Positions 30,243-39,986 of a stretch of DNA of 64,000 bases are shown here, piece by piece. The stretch is from an uncultured Gemmataceae bacterium (GTDB lineage Bacteria; Planctomycetota; Planctomycetia; Gemmatales; Gemmataceae), in assembly GCA_963750165.1 (NCBI GenBank), contig CAVVPN010000003.1:1920001-1984000 (forward strand). The letters run 5' to 3'. A model generated the notes under the pieces. It ran no database searches. It saw only the letters and a program-made list of their open reading frames with translations, and was not told where the DNA came from. The position numbers and the translations under genes were made by a program. How positions within the stretch are numbered: the first letter of the stretch is position 1; each line of letters begins with the position of its first letter.

Positions 30243-30356
30243 CAGTCGTCGGAAGACTGGGCGAAGGGCAACCTGGCCGTGCCGGGGGGCTCGTTGAGAA
30301 GAAGGCCGACGTGGTTGAATACCTCATCAGGGTGTTCCACCACGTCGGCTTTTTTT
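30243..30356 (+). ncRNA. Unassigned structured leader RNA/attenuator, copy B
   Basis: GTCGGAAGACT-N4-GAAGGGCAACCTGGccgtgCCGGGGGGCTCGTTGA plus terminator GGCCGACGTGG...CCACGTCGGC-T7. Confidence 0.75.
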
Positions 30357-30465
30357 ATTTGACTTCAACCAAACTCTGGAAAGGGGTTGATCGGGAGGAA
30401 AGGCGATGCTGGCGCTCAGCCCGTCATTCCTCACAAGTCACCCCACTCTTTAAGGAGAACAGGCC

Positions 30466-30651
30466 ATGTTGCGTTCAACCATCGGACTGGCGGTCGCGTT
30501 CCTTGTCATCGCTCTGATCGCCGGATTCTTCGGCTTCATCGGAGTCGGAAGCCTTGCGTGGGAGGGGGCGAAGATCCTCTTCTTCATCTTCCTCGTCCTC
30601 GCGGTGCTGGCTTTCGTGGGAGGGTTCTTCTTCAGAGGGAGGAGTGTCTGA
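30466..30651 (+). CDS. DUF1328 (YtjA-like) small membrane protein
   Basis: FLVIALIAGFFGF.GV......AKILFFIFLVL; AAGGAG RBS. Confidence 0.88.
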   Translation: MLRSTIGLAVAFLVIALIAGFFGFIGVGSLAWEGAKILFFIFLVLAVLAFVGGFFFRGRSV

Positions 30652-30736
30652 CGGACGAGAGCCTGTCGTCAGAAGCTTCCCGAGCAACTGAAGGGAAAGC
30701 TGGCGTTCTGGTCGTCGGCGAGGAAGGAGGACGAGT

Positions 30737-30797
30737 CCCCGCACCACCCTTCTTCACGGAACCCGACTGTTTTCGATTGTGAAGAGCGGGGTTTTTT
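30737..30797 (+). terminator. Bulged hairpin with T tract between DUF1328 and DUF2934
   Basis: CCCCGC..TCTTCAC / GTGAAGA-GCGGGG followed by a T run. Confidence 0.45.
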
Positions 30798-30837
30798 CAA
30801 ACTGTCAGATCGCCCAAGGACACAAAGGAGTGATCTC

Positions 30838-31071
30838 ATGCACGCACATCCCCACAAACATGCCACACCGGCACAGCCTGGTCCGACTGGACCAACGCCT
30901 GCGACACAAACTGCCGTCGCCTCTTGCGACAAGGGCCACAAGGCCCCGTTGGTTTCCGATGAAACCATTCGGGTCTGTGCCTACCGGAAATGGGAGAACG
31001 CAGGAAAGCCGACCGGGGACGACGTCCAGTTCTGGCTCGCAGCGGAGCAAGAGCTGCGCCAGGGCAAGTAG
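30838..31071 (+). CDS. DUF2934 domain protein
   Basis: ETIRVCAYRKWENAGKPTGDDVQFWLAAEQEL. Confidence 0.85.
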   Translation: MHAHPHKHATPAQPGPTGPTPATQTAVASCDKGHKAPLVSDETIRVCAYRKWENAGKPTGDDVQFWLAAEQELRQGK

Positions 31072-31118
31072 GCAGCAGGTTTCGGGCAATCACAGGAACC
31101 CTGAAAAAGGAGTTTTCC

Positions 31119-31541
31119 ATGCGTCACACCGGAATCCTCGCCCTGGGACTCACGGCCGCCCTTCTGCTGCTCGGGTGTGAAACGACAACTTCGCCCACCG
31201 CGGACTCCAAGGCGAAGATCGCCACCGCGAAGGAGAAGATCAAGGACGCCGCGGACTCGACCGCCGAGGCCGCCAGGGCGAAGCGGGACGAATACGCCCG
31301 CGAGATGCACAAGCAGCTGGACGAGTTCGACGTGAAGTGCAAGCAGCTGGAGGCCCGCATCACCGAGGCGAAGGGCCAGGCCAGGAAGGACCTGGAGAAG
31401 AAGCTCGAAGAAGCGAAGGTAAAGCGCGACGTCGCGGCCAAGAAGCTCAGCGAGCTGAAAGAGGCAAGCGCCGACCGCTGGGAGAAGGTCAAGGAGGGGG
31501 TGGGAAACGCCCTCGATGATCTGAAGAAGGTGTTTGATTAG
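31119..31541 (+). CDS. Coiled-coil lipoprotein
   Basis: LLGC lipobox; charged helical body ending WEKVKEGV..ALDDLKK; AAGGAG RBS. Confidence 0.78.
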   Translation: MRHTGILALGLTAALLLLGCETTTSPTADSKAKIATAKEKIKDAADSTAEAARAKRDEYAREMHKQLDEFDVKCKQLEARITEAKGQARKDLEKKLEEAKVKRDVAAKKLSELKEASADRWEKVKEGVGNALDDLKKVFD

Positions 31542-31691
31542 CCCAGCAATCAGAGGGCCTGGTTGATAGACGAGTCGAACAATCACGGCTTCCCAGCGTT
31601 GGGTGCCCAAGGCCGCTGCCGACGTTCGGCAGCGGCATGTTTCCCAACGAGTCGCAGAGTGCATGCACCTCGAGGAGAAAGGAGAGTTGTC

Positions 31692-33536
31692 ATGGGTGTT
31701 CTTCTGCAAGCCTTTTTCAGGCCGGGCGATAAAGGGGTCCCGTGCCCTGGGGACGGAGACCTGGGTGCTGACTGGTGGTGGGATCACCTCGCCATGCAGG
31801 CTCACGCGATTCGCAAGGCGGGGTTCACGGCCGTCTGGTTGCCCCCCGTATGGAAGGGAGCCTCCGGGATCCAGTCCATCGGTTACGACCCCTTTGATGA
31901 CTACGACATGGGCGCCAAGGATCAGCGCGGGACGCTGCCGACGCGCTACGGTAGCCGCGAGCAGTTGGCCAGGTGCGTCGCCATGCTGCGGGCCAATGAC
32001 CTGGACGTCTATGTGGACCTGGTGGAGCACCACCGGGGCGGTGGCATTGGCCACGAAGGCAAGACCTTCCGCTACGCGGATGCAGAAGGCAGGCCCAGCG
32101 GCGGGCGCTTTCCCAAGGACACGTCCAGTTTCACTGGCGGCGACATCCCGCGCGAGCCGAGGATCATCGAGGATTTATCCTTCGGCTCCGTCCTGGCTCC
32201 GGTCAACGGCAGGCCGCATGCCTACGTCTTCGGCGGACTACTTGCCAGCGCCGACTGGATGACGCGGGCCCTGGACATCCAGGGCTTTCGTCTGGACTTC
32301 GTCAAGGGGATGTCCACGGACTTCGTCTTCCCCCTACTGCAACACGGCGCGCTTGAAGGCAAGTTCGGAGTGGCGGAATTCTTCGACGGTGACCTTGGCC
32401 TGGTGCGCGATTGGGTTTCCAACCCCAGTGGCATGCGCGGCCGCGTCAGTGCCTTCGACTTCCCGCTCCGTGGCCTCCTTGTCCAGATGTGCAACAACGC
32501 CGGCTCCTTTGACATGTCCCAGCTGGACCACGCGGGCCTGGCCGGGATCGACCCTCAGCACGCCGTCACCTTCGTGGAGAACCACGATACGGACACCGGG
32601 CACGGGCCGATCTTCTGGAACAAGGCCCAGGCCTATGCGTATATCCTGACCTCCGAGGGTTATCCGTGCGTCTATTACAAGGATTACAGCACGGACCCTG
32701 GTTGCTATGGGTTGAAAAAGGTCATCGACAACCTGGTCTGGATCCACGAGAAACTGGCGAACGGCCCGACCCAGCGGCGCTGGAAGGACTACGACGTGTA
32801 CGCCTACGAGCGACTGGCCGGCGCCCATCTGCTGGTCGGTCTAAACAATCATGGTGAAGCGCAGCGATCTATCACGGTGGACACGGGCTTCGGGCCGAAT
32901 GCGATACTGCACGACTACACGGGGCATGGCGGCGACGTGCGGACCGATGACCGCGGGCGCGTGACGATCACCATCCCCCGGAACGACAGCGGTCGGGGCT
33001 ACGTCTGCTATTCGCGGGCCGGGATCAGCGGGGACTTCGCCATCAAGGGCCACAGTGTCACCCAGGACTACGAAGGCGCCCTGGACCTGGACATCAAGCC
33101 TGCCGACAGCACGCGGTTCGTGCAGGTTTGTCGGGTGTGGGTGGCGCAGGACAAGCCCATTCGCGCATCGCTGCGTTACGACACGTCCTCCTGGGCGGAT
33201 GCAACGAGCATGGTTTTGGAACTGGCCGATCCAATGGGAAATCGGATCGCGAGCCGAACCTACACGCTGAAAGCACAGGGCGAGGCGCTGGATGCCACCG
33301 CCGCAACGCCGAGCTGGTATACGTTCCGTATTCGCTCGGTGAACCCTCCCGCTGCCAACCCGAAGACGAGTTACAAGCTGACCGTCACGTACCAGGCGCC
33401 TCAGCAAATGGTCGAGAGCAAGAACTCCGTCGAGTCGGAGTGCCACTCGGGTACGACACTGGAGAGCACACACGACGAACGCCAGGAGGCCGCGTCCTCC
33501 ACCCGGTCGAACGCTGAGCAGGCCACGGCCGTGTAG
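31692..33536 (+). CDS. Alpha-amylase (GH13) with C-terminal extension
   Basis: GYDPFDDYD, GFRLDFVKG nucleophile, VAEFF, FVENHD. Confidence 0.9.
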   Translation: MGVLLQAFFRPGDKGVPCPGDGDLGADWWWDHLAMQAHAIRKAGFTAVWLPPVWKGASGIQSIGYDPFDDYDMGAKDQRGTLPTRYGSREQLARCVAMLRANDLDVYVDLVEHHRGGGIGHEGKTFRYADAEGRPSGGRFPKDTSSFTGGDIPREPRIIEDLSFGSVLAPVNGRPHAYVFGGLLASADWMTRALDIQGFRLDFVKGMSTDFVFPLLQHGALEGKFGVAEFFDGDLGLVRDWVSNPSGMRGRVSAFDFPLRGLLVQMCNNAGSFDMSQLDHAGLAGIDPQHAVTFVENHDTDTGHGPIFWNKAQAYAYILTSEGYPCVYYKDYSTDPGCYGLKKVIDNLVWIHEKLANGPTQRRWKDYDVYAYERLAGAHLLVGLNNHGEAQRSITVDTGFGPNAILHDYTGHGGDVRTDDRGRVTITIPRNDSGRGYVCYSRAGISGDFAIKGHSVTQDYEGALDLDIKPADSTRFVQVCRVWVAQDKPIRASLRYDTSSWADATSMVLELADPMGNRIASRTYTLKAQGEALDATAATPSWYTFRIRSVNPPAANPKTSYKLTVTYQAPQQMVESKNSVESECHSGTTLESTHDERQEAASSTRSNAEQATAV

Positions 33537-33644
33537 CGCAAACGAGACATGAAGGCAATTAGAGGAGAGCCAGGTTTTCATAGAATGGCAAGACCAAGCG
33601 GTTTCCAGGTCGCTCGGGTTCCCAAACACGAGGGGGCTTTGCCA

Positions 33645-34503
33645 ATGGCCGGACCGTTCCTGTTGAAGTTTGGGATTAGGCACGCCTGGAGGCCCCGAGT
33701 GTGCCAAATCGCTCTTTTCTGCATCAGTCTTTCCGCGGGATTGGCCGGTTTCGGATGCGAGTTCCCGGGCGGCGCGGAGAGCGTAGGAGAAGGTCCCGGT
33801 CACCGCGCAGACGTTGGCGTTGAGCCCCCAGCAGGAATTGGCGCTCGGCCGGCAGGCCTACAAGGAAGTCCTGAGCAACCCGAGAAAGTACGGGGCCGTG
33901 ATACCGGCTGACCGGCCCGAATGCCAGCGCGTCCGCGCGATCGCCCAGCGTATCATCCACGCGGCGGGTATCGAGCCTCTGCAGCGAGAAATCAACCTGC
34001 GGAAGGGCTACCGGTTCGAGTGGGAGATCAACGTGCTCGACAAGGATCAAGTCAACGCGTTCTGCTTGCCCGGCGGCAAGATGGTCGTCTTTCATGGGCT
34101 TCTTCGGGTGGTCCAGAACGATGACCAGCTGGCCACCGTGATTTCCCATGAGATCGCACACGCGCTGGCCCATCACTCCAGCGAGCGCGTTGCTCGCAAG
34201 GAAATGAACCAGGGGGGGCTCGGGGTCATCTGGAGCAAAGCCTACGATCGCAAGGAAGAATCGGAGGCGGACCACATCGGCTTGTTCTTGATGACCTTCG
34301 CGGGCTACGACCCTGATGAAGCGGTTCGTTTCTGGGAACGGATGCAACGGGCCACCGGCGACCAAAAGCGTCTTCCGGAGATCCTCTCCGATCACCCGAG
34401 CGACGCTCACCGCATTCAGGCGATGAAGGGCTGGGTTCCAAAAGCAAAGGCAGCCCGGCGGGCCTTCGACGAAGGGCGGATTGCACCGGCACCGGGCCGG
34501 TAA
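33645..34503 (+). CDS. M48 family metallopeptidase lipoprotein, frameshift ~33807
   Basis: VNAFCLPGG, HEIAH, ESEADHIG, LSDHP; the N-terminal signal lies in another frame. Confidence 0.85.
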
Positions 34504-34569
34504 GCGATACCAGAGTTTGCGGAGGAAGCCGGGATCGAGTTCTTATTCCACGTCAAGGGAGAGTGTCCT

Positions 34570-34743
34570 ATGAGCACGGGTGGAGGTTTGGGCGGAGGGG
34601 GTTTCTTCGGGCAAGTGCAGGAGGGCATGCGGCCAGGGGGTCCTTACGGTGCCTGGCCCAGCTGCGGCTGTAGCAGTCTGTTTATTATCCTGGCCGGGAT
34701 CTTGCTGGTTTGCGGCGGCTTTCTCAGGATGTTTGGCCAATAG
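34570..34743 (+). CDS. Small hypothetical membrane protein
   Basis: MSTGGGLGGGGFFGQVQEGMRPGGPYGAWPSCGCSSLFIILAGILLVCGG; GGGAG RBS. Confidence 0.55.
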   Translation: MSTGGGLGGGGFFGQVQEGMRPGGPYGAWPSCGCSSLFIILAGILLVCGGFLRMFGQ

Positions 34744-34830
34744 GTACGGGCGAGACGTTTCACCCGACGGGCCGGGAATCGGACAATGAATGGGGCCTCG
34801 AACTTTACACGTTCAGCGGGAGGGTCATCG

Positions 34831-35139
34831 ATGCGAGCACTTTGCGGGGCGATTATCACGGCCGGAGCCCTCATCGGGCTGGGCCTGACGGCCATGGCGT
34901 TTGGCACACGCTACGGGCAAACCGTCGGCCTTGATCGCAACAGCCAGGGGGAGATTATCCAGTTGCACCTGTCGCAGATGGATAAGCCGTTGGTTTTCAT
35001 TCTCGTGTTCTTGACGGCGACGGCAATCATCGGGCTCGGCATTGCCTTCCTGGGGCTGGCCTACCACCACCACCGCCGCCACCACGAGTTCCTCCGGGAA
35101 AAGGGGGCGGCCGCGAATGGGCAGCGCGTCACGGTCTGA
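34831..35139 (+). CDS. Hypothetical two-TM protein with His-rich tail
   Basis: GGAGG RBS; two hydrophobic segments; YHHHRRHHE. Confidence 0.65.
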   Translation: MRALCGAIITAGALIGLGLTAMAFGTRYGQTVGLDRNSQGEIIQLHLSQMDKPLVFILVFLTATAIIGLGIAFLGLAYHHHRRHHEFLREKGAAANGQRVTV

Positions 35140-35245
35140 GTAGGAGAACAATTGCGACCCTGACGCGACGACCGGGCAAGCGGCCGCCGCGGGGAGCGAC
35201 GCCGCGCCCGCGAGACACGAGGCAATTTCCAAGGAGAGCCAAGTC

Positions 35246-35647
35246 ATGCTGCACTTGAAAGAAATCGAACAGGCCATCCTTGCGAACGGGCGGGTCGATG
35301 GCCCCGAGCTAGAGGCGCTGCGCCGGCAGCTGTACGCCGCCGGCAAGATCGAACGACCGGAGGCCGACTTCCTCGTCGAGCTGCACAAACGGGTGCAACA
35401 CCGCACGCCGGCCTTCGAGCAGTTCTTCTACCAGGCCATCAAGGACCACATCCTGGCGGACGGCCGGATCGACGCCGAGGAAACCGCCTGGCTGCGGCGG
35501 ATGCTCTTCGCCGACGGCAAGATCGATGACGAAGAGCGCAAGTTCCTGCACGAACTCAAGGGCGAGGCCAGGCAGTTCGGCACGGAGTTTGAAGGGTTGT
35601 TCCACGAGTGCATGAAGCCGCCGCCGGAGCAGCGCACCTGTGGATAG
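35246..35647 (+). CDS. TerB-like protein
   Basis: Repeated ILADGRID..E / LFADGKIDDEER motifs. Confidence 0.72.
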   Translation: MLHLKEIEQAILANGRVDGPELEALRRQLYAAGKIERPEADFLVELHKRVQHRTPAFEQFFYQAIKDHILADGRIDAEETAWLRRMLFADGKIDDEERKFLHELKGEARQFGTEFEGLFHECMKPPPEQRTCG

Positions 35648-35711
35648 CGAGGCTGCCCCAGGCCCGGCGCCGGCATGACCTGACCGCTGTCTACTGGTAG
35701 AGAGGGTACGA

Positions 35712-36523
35712 ATGTCTCGAGTAAGCGGCAGATACATCCCTGTCAGTTATTTTCGGCGCCTGGTCACCGACCTGATGCATTTCAGCGCCAGGGTCCCCAG
35801 CGTGACCATCGAACGGCGCATGGACCTGGCCCGCCTCGTCGCGGCCCGGCAGGAGTGTACACCCCCACCTACCTGGTCGGCCATTTTCACCAAGGCGTAC
35901 GCCCTGGTGGCTGCTCGCACCCCGGTGCTGCGCACTTCGTATCTGACCTTCCCCTGGCCTCGGTTCTACGAACACTCCACCAACATCGCAACACTTAATA
36001 TCGATCGCCAGCTCGAGGACGAACGCGTCGTCCTCTATGCCCACATCAGCAGCCCGGAAAACTGCACCCTCCGGGAAATCGACGCGATCATCCACGACCA
36101 TCAGCACGAACCGCCGGGGAACATCCCGTCCTACCGCCGGGCCGTCCGCTTGAGCCGCGTCCCTTGGCCCTTCAGGCGACTGTTGTGGTGGGCCGGACTC
36201 AACATCCGCGGCCCGCTCCGCTGCCGTTTCTTTGGCACCTTCGGTATTACCTCCCTCGGCTCTCAGGGCGCCGGCATTACGCACCTGGTGCCGCTGCTGA
36301 CGTCCCAACTCCACTACGGCATGTTCGATCCAGCAGGGCGACTGGAGATGCGGCTGTCGTTCGATCACCGCGTTCTGGACGGGGTCACGGCTGCCCGGCG
36401 CTTGGCGATCTGGAAGGTGTTCTGCTTGGCGAGATCCTGCACGAATGCAGCGAGTCCGCAGGGACCGGAGCGCTTGCCGGGGCGGAAGTCCATCCGGCCC
36501 GCGCCACGGAACGCGGCCGGTAG
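35712..36523 (+). CDS. 2-oxoacid dehydrogenase acyltransferase catalytic-domain-like protein, frameshift ~36397
   Basis: GTFGITSLG and LSFDHRVLDG motifs; C-terminal ALGDLEGVL continues in another frame. Confidence 0.75.
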
Positions 36524-36559
36524 CCTTCAAAAAGATTGCCATCGACGAGGAGATACCGT

Positions 36560-37255
36560 ATGCCCCAGACCCCTCACATCGAGAAGCACTTCACGTCATC
36601 GGAGACGGTCCGTGATGTCGTCATCGGCATGGCGGACGGCCTAACGGTGCCGTTCGCTCTCGCCGCCGGACTGTCGGGCGCCGTGGATTCTACGGCAGTG
36701 ATCATCACCGCGGGCCTCGCCGAAGTCGCGGCCGGAGCGATCGCGATGGGCCTGGGCGGCTACCTGGCAGCGCGAACCGATGCTGAACACTTTGCAGCAG
36801 AACAGGCTCGAGAAGAACGCGAAACCCATGAGATACCTGAAGCCGAAGCGGCCGAGGTTGCCCAGGTCTTCCGCGGTTACGGCCTCTCCGAGGCTACGGT
36901 GACCGCCGTGGTAGGCGCGATCCGTTCGGATCGCAAGCGCTGGGTGGATTTCATGATGAAGTTTGAACTCGGCATGGAAGAGCCGGACCCCCGCCGGGCC
37001 CGGAACAGTGCCCTCACGATTGCCCTGTCCTACGTGGCCGGGGGCCTGGTGCCTCTGGCTCCCTACTTCTTCTTGCGGTCGATTCATGTGGCTCTGTTGG
37101 GGTCCGTGATTGTCACCTTGCTCGCTTTGTTCTTGTTTGGCTTCATCAAGGGACGATTCACCACACATCGCCCGCTGCGCAGTGCCTGGCAAACCGTGCT
37201 GGTCGGCGGGCTCGCGGCTTCAGCGGCATTCGCCATCGCCAAACTCATTGGATGA
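36560..37255 (+). CDS. VIT1/CCC1 family Fe/Mn transporter
   Basis: RDVVIGMADGL, AGAIAMGLGGYL, FMMKFELG. Confidence 0.92.
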   Translation: MPQTPHIEKHFTSSETVRDVVIGMADGLTVPFALAAGLSGAVDSTAVIITAGLAEVAAGAIAMGLGGYLAARTDAEHFAAEQAREERETHEIPEAEAAEVAQVFRGYGLSEATVTAVVGAIRSDRKRWVDFMMKFELGMEEPDPRRARNSALTIALSYVAGGLVPLAPYFFLRSIHVALLGSVIVTLLALFLFGFIKGRFTTHRPLRSAWQTVLVGGLAASAAFAIAKLIG

Positions 37256-37313
37256 CCCCGCGGGCCTCCAGGAACCTTCTGCGTTGCTCTCCGGCAGTGA
37301 AACGAGGTGAATC

Positions 37314-39950
37314 ATGCCCGCCTTGCCTACTATTGTGCTTCCCAGGCGGATCCCGCCCCGGCCTGGCAAGCCGGCGTCGGCCATCCAGGTCTCGCCGCTG
37401 CTTCTCGAAGCCGCCGGGAGTGAAGCCGAAGAGGTCTTGCAGAAACTGCATACCTCGAAGGACGGCCTTTCGACCGCGGAGGCCGAGCAGCGCCGGCGTG
37501 AATACGGCCCCAACGTGGTGGCACAGGAAGATCGCCACCCGCGGATGCACCTGCTGGGCAAGGCCCTGATCAACCCCCTCGTGATCCTGCTGGTCGTGCT
37601 CGCGGCCTCCTCGTTTTTCACCGGCGACTACCGGGCCGGGAGCGTCATTCTTCTCATGGTGGTCCTCGGCGTCGTTCTGCGCTTCGTTCAGGAAGCCCGG
37701 GCCGATACCGCGGCCGCCAAGCTCCGGGCGATGATCAGCGTCCACGCGACCGTCCTCCGCGACGGCCGGGCGCAAGAAGAGCCGATCGGAAGCCTGGTCC
37801 CCGGCGACCTGGTGGAACTCTCGGCGGGGGACATGATTCCCGCCGACGTGCGGCTGATCTCGTGTAGGGACCTGTTCCTCACCCAGGCCAGCCTGACCGG
37901 GGAGGCGTTCCCCGTCGAGAAATTCGCCGCCCGGGAAGAGGCCGCCGGCCGATCGCCCCTGGAATGGACCAACGTCTGCTACCTGGGCACCAGCGTCGAG
38001 AGCGGGGCCGCCACGGCGGTCGTCGTCGCCACCGGTCTGAAAACCTATCTCGGCGGCATGTCCAGCGCCATCGTGGACCAGCACGCCGCCACCAGTTTCG
38101 ACAAGGGCATGAGCCGGTTCACCTGGCTGATGATTTACTTCATTCTCGTCATGGTCCCCCTGGTCCTTGTCATCAACGGGCTGACCAAGGGGGACTGGAA
38201 AGAAGCGTTCTTCTTCGCCATGGCGGTGGCGGTGGGGCTGACGCCGGAGATGCTGCCCATGATCGTGGCGGTCTGCCTCTCCAAGGGCGCGATGGCCATG
38301 TCCCGCAAAAAGGTGATTGTCAAGCGCCTGAACTCGATCCAGAACCTCGGCGCCATGGACGTCCTCTGCACGGACAAGACCGGCACGCTCACCATGGACC
38401 GGATCATTCTGGAGAAGCATTGTGACGTGGTCTTGAAAGAGGACGAAGAGGTGCTGGCACTGGCCTACCTCAACAGCCATTTCCAGACCGGCCTGAAGAA
38501 CGTGCTGGACCGGGCCATCCTGAAGCATACAGAGGTTCACGAGCACCCTGCTTTTCCGGAGTACGCCAAGGTCGATGAGATCCCCTTCGACTTTTCAAGG
38601 CGTTTGATGTCCGTCGTGGTCAAAACACCTGCCAACGCTCACCGCCTCATTTGTAAGGGCGCGCCGGAGGAGGTTTACAAGCGTTGCGGCAGCTTCGCAC
38701 TGGACGGCCAAATCCACCCGATGGAGCAGATGAGCCCCGCCGATCTGAAAGAGGAGTTTGACAAGCTCAGTTCCGACGGCTTCCGGGTCCTCGCGCTGGC
38801 GTACCGGGACCTGGAGCCCAAAGCAGCCTACTCCAAGGAAGACGAGCGCGACCTGATCTTACGCGGCTATGTGGCCTTCCTCGACCCACCCAAGGACACG
38901 GCCCGGTCAGCGATTGCCGCACTTCAGGGAGACGGCGTCTCGGTCAAGGTGCTCACGGGGGACAACGAGCTGGTGAGCCGCAAGATTTGCCGGGAGGTCG
39001 GCATCGCCACCGACCAGGTGCTGCTGGGCAGCCAGGTGGAGGGGATGTCCGACGCGGAACTGGCGGAGGCCGCCATCCAGGCGACCCTGTTCGCCCGATT
39101 GTCCCCGGCCCACAAGCAGCGCATAATCAAGATCCTGCAAGGCGCAAATCATGCCGTGGGGTTCATGGGCGACGGCATCAACGACGCGCCAGCCCTCCGC
39201 GCCGCCGACGTGGGGATTTCCGTGGATACGGCGGTCGATATCGCCAAGGAATCGGCGGATATCATCTTGCTGGAGAAAGACCTGCTGGTGCTGGAGCAAG
39301 GTGTTCGGGAAGGGCGGAAGGTCTTCGCCAACATCCTCAAATACATCCGGATGGGGGCCAGCTCCAACTTCGGCAACATGTTCAGCGTCCTGGGCGCCAG
39401 CATCTTCCTGCCGTTCGTACCGATGGCCCCGCTCCAGATCCTGACCAACAACCTGCTTTACGACTTCTCCCAGGTCCCCATCCCCACCGACGAAGTGGAC
39501 CCCGAACAAATCGCCCGGCCGCGCCCCTGGTCGATGAACGCCATCTCGCGGTTTATCCTGCTCATCGGCCCGTGCAGCTCGGTCTTCGATTACACCACTT
39601 TTTTCATCATGCTCTACGTCTTCGGTTGCTGGGACCCGGCTCGGGCGTCACTGTTCCAGACCGGCTGGTTCGTCGAGTCGCTCTTGACGCAGACCCTGAT
39701 CATTCACGTCATCCGGACAAACCGGATTCCCTTCCTCCAGAGCTGGGCGAGCTGGCCGCTGATCGTGACCACCGCGGTCATCATGGCATTCGGTGCCTGG
39801 TTGCCCTTCTCTCCCCTTGGGCCGGCGTTCGGATTCACCCCATTGCCGCCGCTCTATTGGCCGCTGATTGCCGTGACACTGCTGGGTTATGTCGTGCTGA
39901 CCCAGGTGGTGAAGACCTGGCTCTTTCGGAAGGGCTGGGTTTCCGAATAG
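37314..39950 (+). CDS. mgtA: Magnesium-translocating P-type ATPase
   Basis: LTGE, GLTPEMLP, DKTGTLT, GDGIND, ASSNFGN, FQTGWFVESLLTQ. Confidence 0.93.
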   Translation: MPALPTIVLPRRIPPRPGKPASAIQVSPLLLEAAGSEAEEVLQKLHTSKDGLSTAEAEQRRREYGPNVVAQEDRHPRMHLLGKALINPLVILLVVLAASSFFTGDYRAGSVILLMVVLGVVLRFVQEARADTAAAKLRAMISVHATVLRDGRAQEEPIGSLVPGDLVELSAGDMIPADVRLISCRDLFLTQASLTGEAFPVEKFAAREEAAGRSPLEWTNVCYLGTSVESGAATAVVVATGLKTYLGGMSSAIVDQHAATSFDKGMSRFTWLMIYFILVMVPLVLVINGLTKGDWKEAFFFAMAVAVGLTPEMLPMIVAVCLSKGAMAMSRKKVIVKRLNSIQNLGAMDVLCTDKTGTLTMDRIILEKHCDVVLKEDEEVLALAYLNSHFQTGLKNVLDRAILKHTEVHEHPAFPEYAKVDEIPFDFSRRLMSVVVKTPANAHRLICKGAPEEVYKRCGSFALDGQIHPMEQMSPADLKEEFDKLSSDGFRVLALAYRDLEPKAAYSKEDERDLILRGYVAFLDPPKDTARSAIAALQGDGVSVKVLTGDNELVSRKICREVGIATDQVLLGSQVEGMSDAELAEAAIQATLFARLSPAHKQRIIKILQGANHAVGFMGDGINDAPALRAADVGISVDTAVDIAKESADIILLEKDLLVLEQGVREGRKVFANILKYIRMGASSNFGNMFSVLGASIFLPFVPMAPLQILTNNLLYDFSQVPIPTDEVDPEQIARPRPWSMNAISRFILLIGPCSSVFDYTTFFIMLYVFGCWDPARASLFQTGWFVESLLTQTLIIHVIRTNRIPFLQSWASWPLIVTTAVIMAFGAWLPFSPLGPAFGFTPLPPLYWPLIAVTLLGYVVLTQVVKTWLFRKGWVSE

Positions 39951-39986
39951 CATACATACACAACGCCCAGTTTGGAGGTCCCGAAC

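Noticed and set aside
30652..30800. Possible fifth copy of the leader RNA (GTCGTCAGAAG...GAAGGG)
   Set aside because: It lacks the GGAnGACT-N4 core and the P2/G-run order; kept only as a possible terminator
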